Of a stretch of DNA of 64,000 nt, positions 55,648-64,000 are shown one piece after another (position 1 is the stretch's first letter; each line of letters opens with the position of its first letter). The stretch is from Lysobacterales bacterium. Lineage in GTDB: Bacteria > Pseudomonadota > Gammaproteobacteria > Xanthomonadales > SZUA-5. The stretch covers positions 160,001-224,000 of the forward strand of contig JALHMH010000001.1 in the NCBI GenBank assembly GCA_022844165.1, read 5' to 3'. The position numbers were made by a program, and so were the translations under genes. The notes beneath the pieces are model-generated. The model was not told the origin of the DNA and ran no database searches. It saw nothing but the letters and a program-made list of their open reading frames with translations.

Positions 55648-56100
55648 ATGCAGAACCTTGAGCTACGACGACGCATCGATCGAATATTGAGTGCCCAGCT
55701 GCAGGGCGTGTTGGCGACGCAGCAGCATACTCAGCCTTACACCAGTTTGATGGCGTTCGCACATACTCCCGATCTGCGCTACCTGATCTTTGCGACGTAC
55801 CGAGACACGCAGAAGCATGCCAATCTGCTGCTGAACTCTGCGGTTTCGTTCTTGATCGACGACCGCAGCAACGATCCGGCGGACTATCAGCATGCCGTAG
55901 CGATTTCCGCGTGCGGTCGCGCCCAGACGATTCCACCGGATGAGCTGGCCAATTGTCTGGCCATCTATTTGACGAAACACCCAACGCTGCACGAGTTCGC
56001 GATGTCGCCAGACTGCGCGCTGCTGCGAGTCGCGGTGAACTGTTATCGGGTTGTCAGCCAGTTTCAGTCGACGGATTTGTTGTCGATAGGGAATCCCTGA
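55648..56100 (+). CDS. pyridoxamine 5'-phosphate oxidase-like (split-barrel) protein
   Basis: VLATQ...PYTSLMAF, FAT.R.TQK..NL; GGAGG SD. Confidence 0.8.
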   Translation: MQNLELRRRIDRILSAQLQGVLATQQHTQPYTSLMAFAHTPDLRYLIFATYRDTQKHANLLLNSAVSFLIDDRSNDPADYQHAVAISACGRAQTIPPDELANCLAIYLTKHPTLHEFAMSPDCALLRVAVNCYRVVSQFQSTDLLSIGNP

Positions 56101-56170
56101 TTCCTGGCCCTTAGACCCCGTCGGTGGGCAGAAATGTCGACTTGCAGCCAGCCGCCATTCATTCATTGGG

Positions 56171-56200
56171 TTGACTTCGTTTTTCGCGGACCGCTAAACT
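56171..56200 (+). promoter_or_regulatory. str operon sigma70 promoter
   Basis: TTGACT-N18-TAAACT followed by a GC-rich discriminator. Confidence 0.65.
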
Positions 56201-56260
56201 CCCGCTTCTCGACAGGTTGCGTTTACGCCCTGTCGTTTGTTTTCTTGGAACGGTGCACAC

Positions 56261-56632
56261 ATGTCGACTGTCAACCAGCTGGTCCGTAAGCCGCGTAGCC
56301 CGAAGACTTTTAAGACGGCTTCTCCGGCGCTGCAAAATAGCCCGCAAAAACGCGGGGTCTGCACTCGCGTCTATACCACGACGCCAAAAAAGCCGAATTC
56401 TGCGTTGCGCAAGGTCGCTAAGGTGCGTCTCGTCAACGGGTTCGAGGTCATCAGCTACATCGGTGGCGAAGGGCACAACTTGCAAGAGCACTCGGTGGTT
56501 CTGATTCGCGGCGGCCGCGTCAAGGATCTGCCGGGCGTTCGATACCACACCGTGCGTGGCTCGCTTGATGCCTCTGGTGTCGCCAAGCGCAAGCAGAGTC
56601 GCTCGAAGTACGGCGCCAAGCGCCCCAAGTAA
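56261..56632 (+). CDS. rpsL: 30S ribosomal protein S12
   Basis: [25 protein letters not shown]. Confidence 0.98.
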   Translation: MSTVNQLVRKPRSPKTFKTASPALQNSPQKRGVCTRVYTTTPKKPNSALRKVAKVRLVNGFEVISYIGGEGHNLQEHSVVLIRGGRVKDLPGVRYHTVRGSLDASGVAKRKQSRSKYGAKRPK

Positions 56633-56649
56633 TCGGATAGAGAAAAGCC

Positions 56650-57117
56650 ATGTCCCGCAAAGGTTCGCATCCCGCTCGTGAAGTGTTGCCCGATCCGAAG
56701 TTCGGCAACGTTGTCATCGCTCGTTTCGTTAACATGATCATGCGCCACGGAAAAAAGGCGGTGGCCGAAAGCATCCTTTACGGTGCGATCGATGAAATTA
56801 AGAACAAAAATAGCGATGCGATCGGTTTGATCGAAAAGGCACTCGGCAACGTCGCGCCTTCGGTCGAGGTCAAGTCGCGTCGCGTTGGTGGCGCAACATA
56901 TCAGGTACCCGTGGAAGTTCGACCAGCTCGTCGTCATGCCTTAGCGATGCGCTGGTTGATTGACTCGGCGCGCAAGCGTGGAGAGACATCCATGCCGCGC
57001 CGCCTGGCCGGAGAACTTCTGGATGCGTCCGAGAGCCGCGGCGCCGCAGTCAAGAAGCGCGAAGAAACGCATCGTATGGCGGAAGCCAATAAGGCGTTCT
57101 CTCACTATCGGTGGTAA
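56650..57117 (+). CDS. rpsG: 30S ribosomal protein S7
   Basis: [23 protein letters not shown]. Confidence 0.98.
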   Translation: MSRKGSHPAREVLPDPKFGNVVIARFVNMIMRHGKKAVAESILYGAIDEIKNKNSDAIGLIEKALGNVAPSVEVKSRRVGGATYQVPVEVRPARRHALAMRWLIDSARKRGETSMPRRLAGELLDASESRGAAVKKREETHRMAEANKAFSHYRW

Positions 57118-57277
57118 GACGCTGTCTCTGTGCCGATCGTTGGTTGTTGGTTTCGAATCTGGCCGAGGGCCGTTCGATTGCCCAACAGCCAGCGAGCTCG
57201 GCTGTAGTTTTGACGTCCATGGCCAATGTTAAGCAATCCATACTCGTTCTAAGGTCGACAGGAAAGGATTTGTTGCC

Positions 57278-59368
57278 GTGGCTCGCGAAACACCCATCGA
57301 GCGATATCGCAATTTTGGCATCATGGCGCACATTGATGCCGGCAAGACGACAACGACTGAGCGCATCCTGTACTACACCGGAGTGAATCACAAGATCGGT
57401 GAGGTTCACGAGGGTGCGGCCACGATGGACTGGATGGAGCAGGAGCAAGAGCGCGGCATTACGATCACATCCGCTGCGACAACTTGCTTTTGGCGTGGTA
57501 TGGACCAGTCCTTCGCGCAGCATCGGTTCAACATTATTGATACGCCCGGGCACGTCGATTTCACGATCGAGGTTGAGCGCAGTTTGCGCGTGCTTGATGG
57601 CGCAGTTTTTGTGCTTTGTGCTGTCGGTGGTGTCCAGCCGCAATCAGAAACAGTGTGGCGCCAGGCAAACAAGTATGGCGTTCCGCGATTGGCGTTCGTC
57701 AACAAGATGGATCGCGCCGGTGCTGACTTTGATAAGGTAGTAGCTCAGCTGAAGTCGCGATTGGGCGCCAATCCTGTGCCGATGCAAGTACCGATTGGCG
57801 CTGAGGAAAACTTCGAGGGCATCGTCGATCTGCTCAAGATGAAAGCCATCCATTGGGACATGGCTTCGCAAGGCATGAAGTTCGAGTACCGCGAGATCCC
57901 GCGCGATTTGCTTGGCCTATGTCAGAAAGCGCGCGAGTACATGGTCGAAGCGGCTGCAGAATGCACCGAAGAGCTGATGAACAAGTATCTCGAAGGTGAA
58001 GAGCTTAGCGAGGACGAGATCATCAGTGGGCTGCGGATGGGCACAATCTCGACCAGACTGATCCCGGTGTTCTGCGGGACTGCCTTTAAGAACAAAGGCG
58101 TGCAAGCAATGCTGGACGCCGTTGTTGCATTTCTGCCTTCGCCGGTCGATCGGCCGGCGGTGAAGGGCATCGATGAACGAGACAAAGAGACTGCGCGCCA
58201 AGCCGCAGATGGCGATTCGTTCTCCGCGCTCGCCTTCAAAATAGCCACCGATCCGTATGTAGGGACACTGACCTTCTTCAGGGTTTACTCCGGCGTGCTG
58301 AATTCTGGCGATACGGTCTACAACCCGATCAAGGGTCGTAAGGAGCGCATTGGTCGGCTGCTGCAAATGCATGCGAACCAGCGCGAGGAGATTAAAGAGG
58401 TCCGCGCAGGCGATATCGCAGCGGCCGTCGGGCTGAAAGACGTCACCACAGGTGAGACCTTGTGTGCGCTGGACAACGTGATCACGTTGGAACGTATGGT
58501 GTTTCCAGAGCCGGTGATTGCCATGGCGATAGAGCCAAAAACCAAGCCAGATCAGGAAAAAATGGGAATCGCGCTGTCTCGCCTTGCCCAGGAAGATCCG
58601 TCGTTCCGCGTCCGCACCGACGAAGAGTCGGGCCAGACCATCATCGCGGGAATGGGCGAGCTGCACCTTGAAATTATCGTCGATCGTATGCGCCGTGAAT
58701 TCAGCGTCGAGGCAAACGTCGGCAAGCCGCAGGTTGCATACCGGGAGACGATTCGTCGCGCCGTCAAGCAAGAGGGTAAATTCGTACGCCAGTCAGGCGG
58801 ACGTGGGCAATACGGACACGTTGTGCTTGAGATCGAGCCCCGCCAGCGCGGAGAGGGTTATGTTTTCGAAAACGGGATTGTCGGTGGAGTCGTGCCCAAG
58901 GAATACATACCGGCGGTAGATAAAGGCATCCAGGAAGCAGTCGCTTCGGGTGTGATGGCGGGGTTCCCGATTGTCGACGTCAAAGTACGCATCGTCGATG
59001 GGTCCTACCATGAAGTCGACTCGAACGAAATGGCATTCAAGATCGCAGGTTCTATGGGCTTCAAAGAAGGCTTCATGAAAGCCTCACCAGTGCTGCTGGA
59101 GCCGATCATGAAAGTCGAAGTGCTGACGCCGGAAGACTACATGGGCGATGTCATGGGCGATATTTCGCGGCGTCGCGGTGTGCTGCAAGGCAGCGACGAT
59201 TCCCCGTCGGGGAAGGTGGTGAATGCGAACGTACCGCTCGGCGAGATGTTCGGTTACGCGACGCAGTTGCGGTCGATGACCCAGGGGCGCGCAACATTCA
59301 CGATGGAATTTGATCATTACGCAGAGGCGCCGAACAACATCGCCGAAGCAGTGATGAAAAAATCCTGA
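57278..59368 (+). CDS. fusA: elongation factor G
   Basis: [22 protein letters not shown]. Confidence 0.98.
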   Translation: MARETPIERYRNFGIMAHIDAGKTTTTERILYYTGVNHKIGEVHEGAATMDWMEQEQERGITITSAATTCFWRGMDQSFAQHRFNIIDTPGHVDFTIEVERSLRVLDGAVFVLCAVGGVQPQSETVWRQANKYGVPRLAFVNKMDRAGADFDKVVAQLKSRLGANPVPMQVPIGAEENFEGIVDLLKMKAIHWDMASQGMKFEYREIPRDLLGLCQKAREYMVEAAAECTEELMNKYLEGEELSEDEIISGLRMGTISTRLIPVFCGTAFKNKGVQAMLDAVVAFLPSPVDRPAVKGIDERDKETARQAADGDSFSALAFKIATDPYVGTLTFFRVYSGVLNSGDTVYNPIKGRKERIGRLLQMHANQREEIKEVRAGDIAAAVGLKDVTTGETLCALDNVITLERMVFPEPVIAMAIEPKTKPDQEKMGIALSRLAQEDPSFRVRTDEESGQTIIAGMGELHLEIIVDRMRREFSVEANVGKPQVAYRETIRRAVKQEGKFVRQSGGRGQYGHVVLEIEPRQRGEGYVFENGIVGGVVPKEYIPAVDKGIQEAVASGVMAGFPIVDVKVRIVDGSYHEVDSNEMAFKIAGSMGFKEGFMKASPVLLEPIMKVEVLTPEDYMGDVMGDISRRRGVLQGSDDSPSGKVVNANVPLGEMFGYATQLRSMTQGRATFTMEFDHYAEAPNNIAEAVMKKS

Positions 59369-59411
59369 TCGTACTCAAATTCATTTCAATTCATCAAAAG
59401 GTTAGTACGCC

Positions 59412-60602
59412 ATGAGCAAGGGTAAATTCGAGCGCACCAAGCCGCACGTGAACGTGGGGACGATTGGGCATGTGGATCACGGCAAGACGACGCTGACAGC
59501 GGCGCTGACGAAGATTGGCGCAGAGCGGTTCGGCGGCGAGTTCAAGGCCTACGATCAGATCGACAAGGCGCCGGAAGAAAAAGCGCGCGGCATCACGATT
59601 TCGACGGCGCATGTCGAGTACGAATCGCCGAATCGCCACTATGCGCACGTCGATTGCCCTGGCCACGCCGACTACGTGAAGAACATGATCACCGGAGCGG
59701 CGCAGATGGACGGTGCGATTCTGGTGTGTTCGGCCGCTGACGGCCCGATGCCGCAAACGCGCGAGCACATTCTGCTGTCGCGTCAGGTGGGCGTGCCGTA
59801 CATCGTCGTGTACTTGAACAAGGCCGACATGGTCGACGACGCCGAGCTTCTTGAGCTGGTCGAGATGGAAGTTCGCGAGCTGTTGAGCAAGTACGATTTC
59901 CCGGGCGACGACACGCCGATCATCAAGGGTTCGGCACTCAAGGCACTGGAAGGCGACCAGAGCGAGATTGGTGTGCCGTCGATCATTAAGCTGGTCGAGG
60001 CGCTGGACACGTACATTCCGGAGCCGCAGCGTGACATTGACAAGCCGTTCCTGATGCCAGTGGAAGACGTGTTCTCGATCTCGGGTCGTGGCACGGTCGT
60101 TACTGGTCGCGTTGAGCGCGGCATCGTCAAGGTGGGTGAGGAAATCGAGATTGTGGGATTGAAGGCCACGATCAAGACGATCGTGACGGGCGTTGAGATG
60201 TTCCGCAAGCTGCTGGATCAAGGTCAGGCGGGCGACAACGTGGGTTTGCTGCTGCGCGGCACGAAGCGCGACGACGTTGAGCGTGGTCAGGTGATCTGCA
60301 AGCCAGGTTCGATCACGCCGCACACCAAGTTCGAAGCAGAGGTGTACGTGCTGAGCAAGGACGAGGGTGGGCGTCACACGCCGTTCTTCAAGGGTTACCG
60401 TCCGCAGTTTTACTTCCGCACGACGGACGTGACGGGCAATTGCGAGTTGCCGGAAGGCGTCGAGATGGTGATGCCGGGCGACAACGTGAAGATGGTGGTG
60501 TCGCTGATCCAGCCGATCGCGATGGAAGACGGCTTACGCTTCGCGATTCGCGAAGGCGGCCGTACCGTCGGTGCCGGAGTCGTTGCCAAGGTGATCGAGT
60601 GA
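59412..60602 (+). CDS. tuf: elongation factor Tu
   Basis: [27 protein letters not shown]. Confidence 0.99.
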   Translation: MSKGKFERTKPHVNVGTIGHVDHGKTTLTAALTKIGAERFGGEFKAYDQIDKAPEEKARGITISTAHVEYESPNRHYAHVDCPGHADYVKNMITGAAQMDGAILVCSAADGPMPQTREHILLSRQVGVPYIVVYLNKADMVDDAELLELVEMEVRELLSKYDFPGDDTPIIKGSALKALEGDQSEIGVPSIIKLVEALDTYIPEPQRDIDKPFLMPVEDVFSISGRGTVVTGRVERGIVKVGEEIEIVGLKATIKTIVTGVEMFRKLLDQGQAGDNVGLLLRGTKRDDVERGQVICKPGSITPHTKFEAEVYVLSKDEGGRHTPFFKGYRPQFYFRTTDVTGNCELPEGVEMVMPGDNVKMVVSLIQPIAMEDGLRFAIREGGRTVGAGVVAKVIE

Positions 60603-60612
60603 GATCGGCGAT

Positions 60613-60636
60613 GGCGCGCGCCGTAAGGCGCGTGCC
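60613..60636 (+). terminator. GNRA-capped hairpin after tuf
   Basis: GGCGCGCGCC-GTAA-GGCGCGTGCC; no U-tract. Confidence 0.45.
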
Positions 60637-60755
60637 TTGCCGCATGACTGACGGCGAAGTCGTTGGGGTCCGTGAAAGCTCGCGAAGCAGCGACTGCTTC
60701 CTGAACGCAACCCAGTCAGAGAATTGAACGCACTCTAAATGAGCGCAAAAAGTAG

Positions 60756-60784
60756 TTGAAAAGGAAATGGCCGCAGCGTAGATT
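60756..60784 (+). promoter_or_regulatory. S10 operon sigma70 promoter
   Basis: TTGAAA-N17-TAGATT, A-rich upstream element, GC-rich discriminator. Confidence 0.6.
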
Positions 60785-61057
60785 TCGCGGCCCTTTGAAG
60801 CGGTTCCAACGGCATCGCCGATGGGCCGAGAAAGGACCAGGGCAGGACGATCATCAGTGGCAGGCGGCGCCAGGCGCTGTCTTTGCAAGCCGGTGTGAAC
60901 AGGAGTTCCACGGCAAGCAGGCACGGGCGGCCAGTACAGCGCTCCGAAATCGCAACTTGATCGATTGCTCAATTAAAAACATTGGCGGTGGGGCGCAAGC
61001 TCATGGATGTGGCGAACGTGCGAGATGCACGGCGTGAACACCGCTACGGAGAGAGAA

Positions 61058-61372
61058 ATGGCACAGCAACAGCGAATTCGAATTCGGCTGAAGGCGTTCG
61101 ATCATCGTTTGATCGATCGGTCTGCCAGCGAAATTGTTGAGACCGCGAAGCGCACCGGCGCTCAAGTCCGCGGTCCTATCCCTCTTCCGACCAAGATCGA
61201 GCGCTATACCGTGCTCGTCTCGCCGCACGTCGATAAAGACGCTCGGGACCAGTACGAGACGCGAACGCACAAGCGCGTGATGGATATCGTCGACCCCAAC
61301 GACAAGACCGTGGACGCGCTGATGAAGCTCGACCTCGCGGCGGGCGTCGACGTTCAGATCAAGTTGTACTGA
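61058..61372 (+). CDS. rpsJ: 30S ribosomal protein S10
   Basis: [21 protein letters not shown]. Confidence 0.98.
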   Translation: MAQQQRIRIRLKAFDHRLIDRSASEIVETAKRTGAQVRGPIPLPTKIERYTVLVSPHVDKDARDQYETRTHKRVMDIVDPNDKTVDALMKLDLAAGVDVQIKLY

Positions 61373-61382
61373 GGGCCGCGCG

Positions 61383-62024
61383 ATGAGCATCGGATTAGTG
61401 GGCCGTAAGGCCGGAATGACCCGCATCTTCACTGAGAATGGTGAATCGGTGCCGGTGTCGGTGATCGAGGTTGAGGCCAACCGCGTCACCCAAGTCAAAA
61501 CCGTCGACAACGACGGCTATAACGCCATTCAAGTGACCACCGGCACGCGCCGTCCGGCGCTGGTGAGCAAGCCGGCTGCTGGCGTCTTTGCCAAGGCAAA
61601 AACCGGTCCGGGTCGCGGATTCTGGGAATTCCGCTTGAATGACAGCGATGTCGGCAAGTTCGAACCCGGTGCCGAAATCAAGGCGGATATTTTCAGCGAA
61701 GGGCAGATCGTCGACGTGGCAGGTGTCACGCGTGGCAAGGGCTTTGCCGGCACCATTAAGCGTTGGAACTTCACGATGGGCGACGCAACTCACGGTAACT
61801 CTTTGAGCCATCGTTCTCCGGGTTCTATCGGTCAGCGCCAAACGCCGGGACGAGTGTTCAAGGGCAAGAAGATGGCCGGTCATATGGGCAATGCCAACGA
61901 GACCGTGCAGAACCTTAGAGTCGTGCGCGTAGACGCTGAGCGGAATCTTCTGCTCGTGCGTGGCGCCATTCCGGGAGCTCCAGGCGGCGACGTGATCGTC
62001 CGCCCGGCGTCCAAGTCGCGCTAA
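61383..62024 (+). CDS. rplC: 50S ribosomal protein L3
   Basis: [24 protein letters not shown]. Confidence 0.98.
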   Translation: MSIGLVGRKAGMTRIFTENGESVPVSVIEVEANRVTQVKTVDNDGYNAIQVTTGTRRPALVSKPAAGVFAKAKTGPGRGFWEFRLNDSDVGKFEPGAEIKADIFSEGQIVDVAGVTRGKGFAGTIKRWNFTMGDATHGNSLSHRSPGSIGQRQTPGRVFKGKKMAGHMGNANETVQNLRVVRVDAERNLLLVRGAIPGAPGGDVIVRPASKSR

Positions 62025-62036
62025 AGGATCGATGCC

Positions 62037-62636
62037 ATGGAATTGAATGTTTCGGGCGCGAGCCCAGTAGCGGTCTCGGAGACGGTGTTCAACCGTCCGT
62101 ATAGTGAGGCCCTTGTACATCAGGTGGTGACCGCATATCGCAATGCGGGTCGTGCCGGCACCAAGCGCCAAAAGTCGCGCTCGGATCTATCGGGTACCAC
62201 CAAGAAGTTCAAAAAACAGAAAGGTGGCGGTGCACGACACGGTGACTATCGCGCACCGATTTTTGTCGGTGGTGGTGTTGCGTTCGCAGCCAGGCCGAGG
62301 AGTTTTGCGCAGAAAGTCAACCGCAAAATGTATCGCGGCGCGATGCAGGCGATCCTGTCCGAATTGGTCCGTCAGGACCGTTTGACGGTCGTTGGATCCT
62401 TCGACCTGACCGAAGCCAAAACCAAGAGTTTTGTCTCCAAGCTTGGCGAGATCGGCGTCACGAAGGGGCTGATCGTCTCCGAGGAAGTGAGCCAAAACGT
62501 TTATCTGGCCTCACGCAACATCGTTGGCGTCGACGTTGTCGACGTGCACGGTATGGATCCGGTATCGCTGGTGGACGCGGACAAAGTTGTGCTCACTTTG
62601 GGCGCAGTGAAGAAGATTGAGGAGTGGCTGGCATGA
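62037..62636 (+). CDS. rplD: 50S ribosomal protein L4
   Basis: [24 protein letters not shown]. Confidence 0.97.
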   Translation: MELNVSGASPVAVSETVFNRPYSEALVHQVVTAYRNAGRAGTKRQKSRSDLSGTTKKFKKQKGGGARHGDYRAPIFVGGGVAFAARPRSFAQKVNRKMYRGAMQAILSELVRQDRLTVVGSFDLTEAKTKSFVSKLGEIGVTKGLIVSEEVSQNVYLASRNIVGVDVVDVHGMDPVSLVDADKVVLTLGAVKKIEEWLA

Positions 62637-62929
62637 GCACGGAAAGACTGCTAAATGTGCTGATCGCGCCGCGAATCTCCGAGAAGACCGCGCGCATTCA
62701 GGCAGATCACAACCAATATGTTTTCCAGGTTGCAACAAGCGCCACCAAAGCCGATGTCAAGAGCGCAGTGGAATCGCTCTTCAGCGTCAAGGTCACGGGC
62801 GTCCAGGTGTTGAATGTCAAAGGCAAGACCAAGGGATTTCGAGGTCGAGCCGGCAAACGCGCCGATTGGCGGAAAGCGTACGTGACGCTGGCCGAAGGCC
62901 AGTCCATCCAGTTTGGCGCGCAGCCCTAA
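62633..62929 (+). CDS. rplW: 50S ribosomal protein L23
   Basis: [14 protein letters not shown]. Confidence 0.97.
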   Translation: MSTERLLNVLIAPRISEKTARIQADHNQYVFQVATSATKADVKSAVESLFSVKVTGVQVLNVKGKTKGFRGRAGKRADWRKAYVTLAEGQSIQFGAQP

Positions 62930-62943
62930 GCGGAGATTGAGCG

Positions 62944-63771
62944 ATGCCATTACAGAAAGTTAAGCCAACATCCGCCGGGCGCCGCGCAGTCATCCGCGTC
63001 GTCCATCCGGATCTGCACAAGGGCGGTCCTTACAAGCCGCTCACGGAGCCGCAAGACAAGACCGGTGGGCGCAACCATCACGGTCGAATTACCACTCGTC
63101 ATCGCGGTGGCGGCTCACGGCAGCATTACCGCATGATCGACTTCAAGCGTGACAAGGACGGTATTGCTGCCACTGTTGAGCGCGTCGAGTACGATCCGAA
63201 CCGAACAGCCCACATCGCACTGTTGCTGTATGTCGACGGTGAACGTCGCTACATCATTGCGCCGAAGGGCATTAAGGCGGGAGACGCACTTTTGTCGGGC
63301 CGCGATGCGCCGATCAAAAATGGCAACTGTTTGCCACTGCGCAACATGCCGATCGGTTCGACGGTACATTGTGTGGAGATGAAGCCAGGTAAGGGCGCAC
63401 AGTTGGCGCGGTCCGCTGGCAGTTCAGTGCAACTGGTCGCACGCGAACAAGGTTACGCAACACTGCGTTTGCGCTCCGGCGAAATGCGAAAAGTTCCGGC
63501 AGATTGCCGTGCCTGCGTGGGCGAAGTGTCCAACTCAGAACACAACCTTGAAAGTCTGGGCAAAGCTGGTGCGAAGCGTTGGCGCGGAATCCGCCCAACC
63601 GTTCGCGGCGCAGCAATGAACCCAGTCGACCATCCGCATGGTGGTGGTGAAGGTCGCTCCGGTCAGGGCAACCCACATCCGGTCAGCCCCTGGGGCACGC
63701 CGGCCAAGGGTTACAAGACCCGCAAGAACAAGCGCACGAACGTGTTCATCGTTCGCCGTCGCAACGGCTAA
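62944..63771 (+). CDS. rplB: 50S ribosomal protein L2
   Basis: [21 protein letters not shown]. Confidence 0.98.
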   Translation: MPLQKVKPTSAGRRAVIRVVHPDLHKGGPYKPLTEPQDKTGGRNHHGRITTRHRGGGSRQHYRMIDFKRDKDGIAATVERVEYDPNRTAHIALLLYVDGERRYIIAPKGIKAGDALLSGRDAPIKNGNCLPLRNMPIGSTVHCVEMKPGKGAQLARSAGSSVQLVAREQGYATLRLRSGEMRKVPADCRACVGEVSNSEHNLESLGKAGAKRWRGIRPTVRGAAMNPVDHPHGGGEGRSGQGNPHPVSPWGTPAKGYKTRKNKRTNVFIVRRRNG

Positions 63772-63786
63772 TGGAAGGTTAGATAT

Positions 63787-64000
63787 ATGGCACGTTCACT
63801 TAAAAAGGGCCCGTTCGCCGACTTGCACCTTCTCAAGAAGGTTGAGGCGGCGTCGGCCAGCAACAGTAAGAAGCCGATCAAGACCTGGTCGCGTCGATCG
63901 ATGATTCTGCCCGAAATGGTTGGATTGACCATTGCCGTGCACAATGGACGATTGCACGTTCCGGTCATCGTCAACGAGAACATGGTCGGGCACAAGCTTG
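63787..64000 (+). CDS. rpsS: 30S ribosomal protein S19 (truncated by window end)
   Basis: [10 protein letters not shown]...IKTWSRRS...MVGHKL. Confidence 0.97.
   Translation, partial: MARSLKKGPFADLHLLKKVEAASASNSKKPIKTWSRRSMILPEMVGLTIAVHNGRLHVPVIVNENMVGHKL

Noticed and set aside
56261-56632. Streptomycin-resistance substitutions in S12
   Set aside because: PKKPNS and RVKDLPG motifs are wild type
1-64000. CRISPR array, prophage, transposase or anti-phage defence genes
   Set aside because: No regularly spaced repeats or such protein motifs seen; the DUF294 NTase is GlnD-like in an acetate context, not a CBASS cyclase

Overview
GC-rich chromosomal window from a gammaproteobacterium, most likely Xanthomonadales/Lysobacterales (judged from the L4 loop, S12 and prc context). 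It holds no tRNA, rRNA, CRISPR array or intact transposase. From left to right: envelope and protein-quality genes (TIGR04222-like membrane protein, DUF6265-cyclophilin fusion, methyltransferase, prc, greA, S9 peptidase); an uncharacterised three-gene cluster (secreted SGNH hydrolase, membrane-anchored unknown protein, C-terminally extended Lnt-like acyltransferase); a TetR-controlled fatty-acid unit (alpha/beta hydrolase, fadE, hotdog protein); a TetR/desaturase pair, usp, ACMSD and grxD-SDR-marC. Next comes an acetate-utilisation region (DcaP porin, DUF4212, ActP-like symporter, cNMP-CBS-DUF294 nucleotidyltransferase, DEDDh nuclease, CrbS, CrbR, acs), split by a complete wspABCDEFR operon. 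The window ends with a thioredoxin-NHL gene coupled to uvrC-pgsA, a BigR/SqrR-type regulator with DUF2892 and an RND pump, trpG, and the str and S10 ribosomal operons (cut in rpsS). The best candidates for undescribed systems are the SGNH/anchor/Lnt-like triad and the nucleotidyltransferase-nuclease pair behind the acetate transporter. Smaller features include a 14-codon ORF bridging wspE and wspF, a pseudo-receiver WspF, a shared CrbR-like box, interlocked divergent promoters and two families of dispersed structured repeats. All family assignments come from motif recognition by eye, not from database searches.
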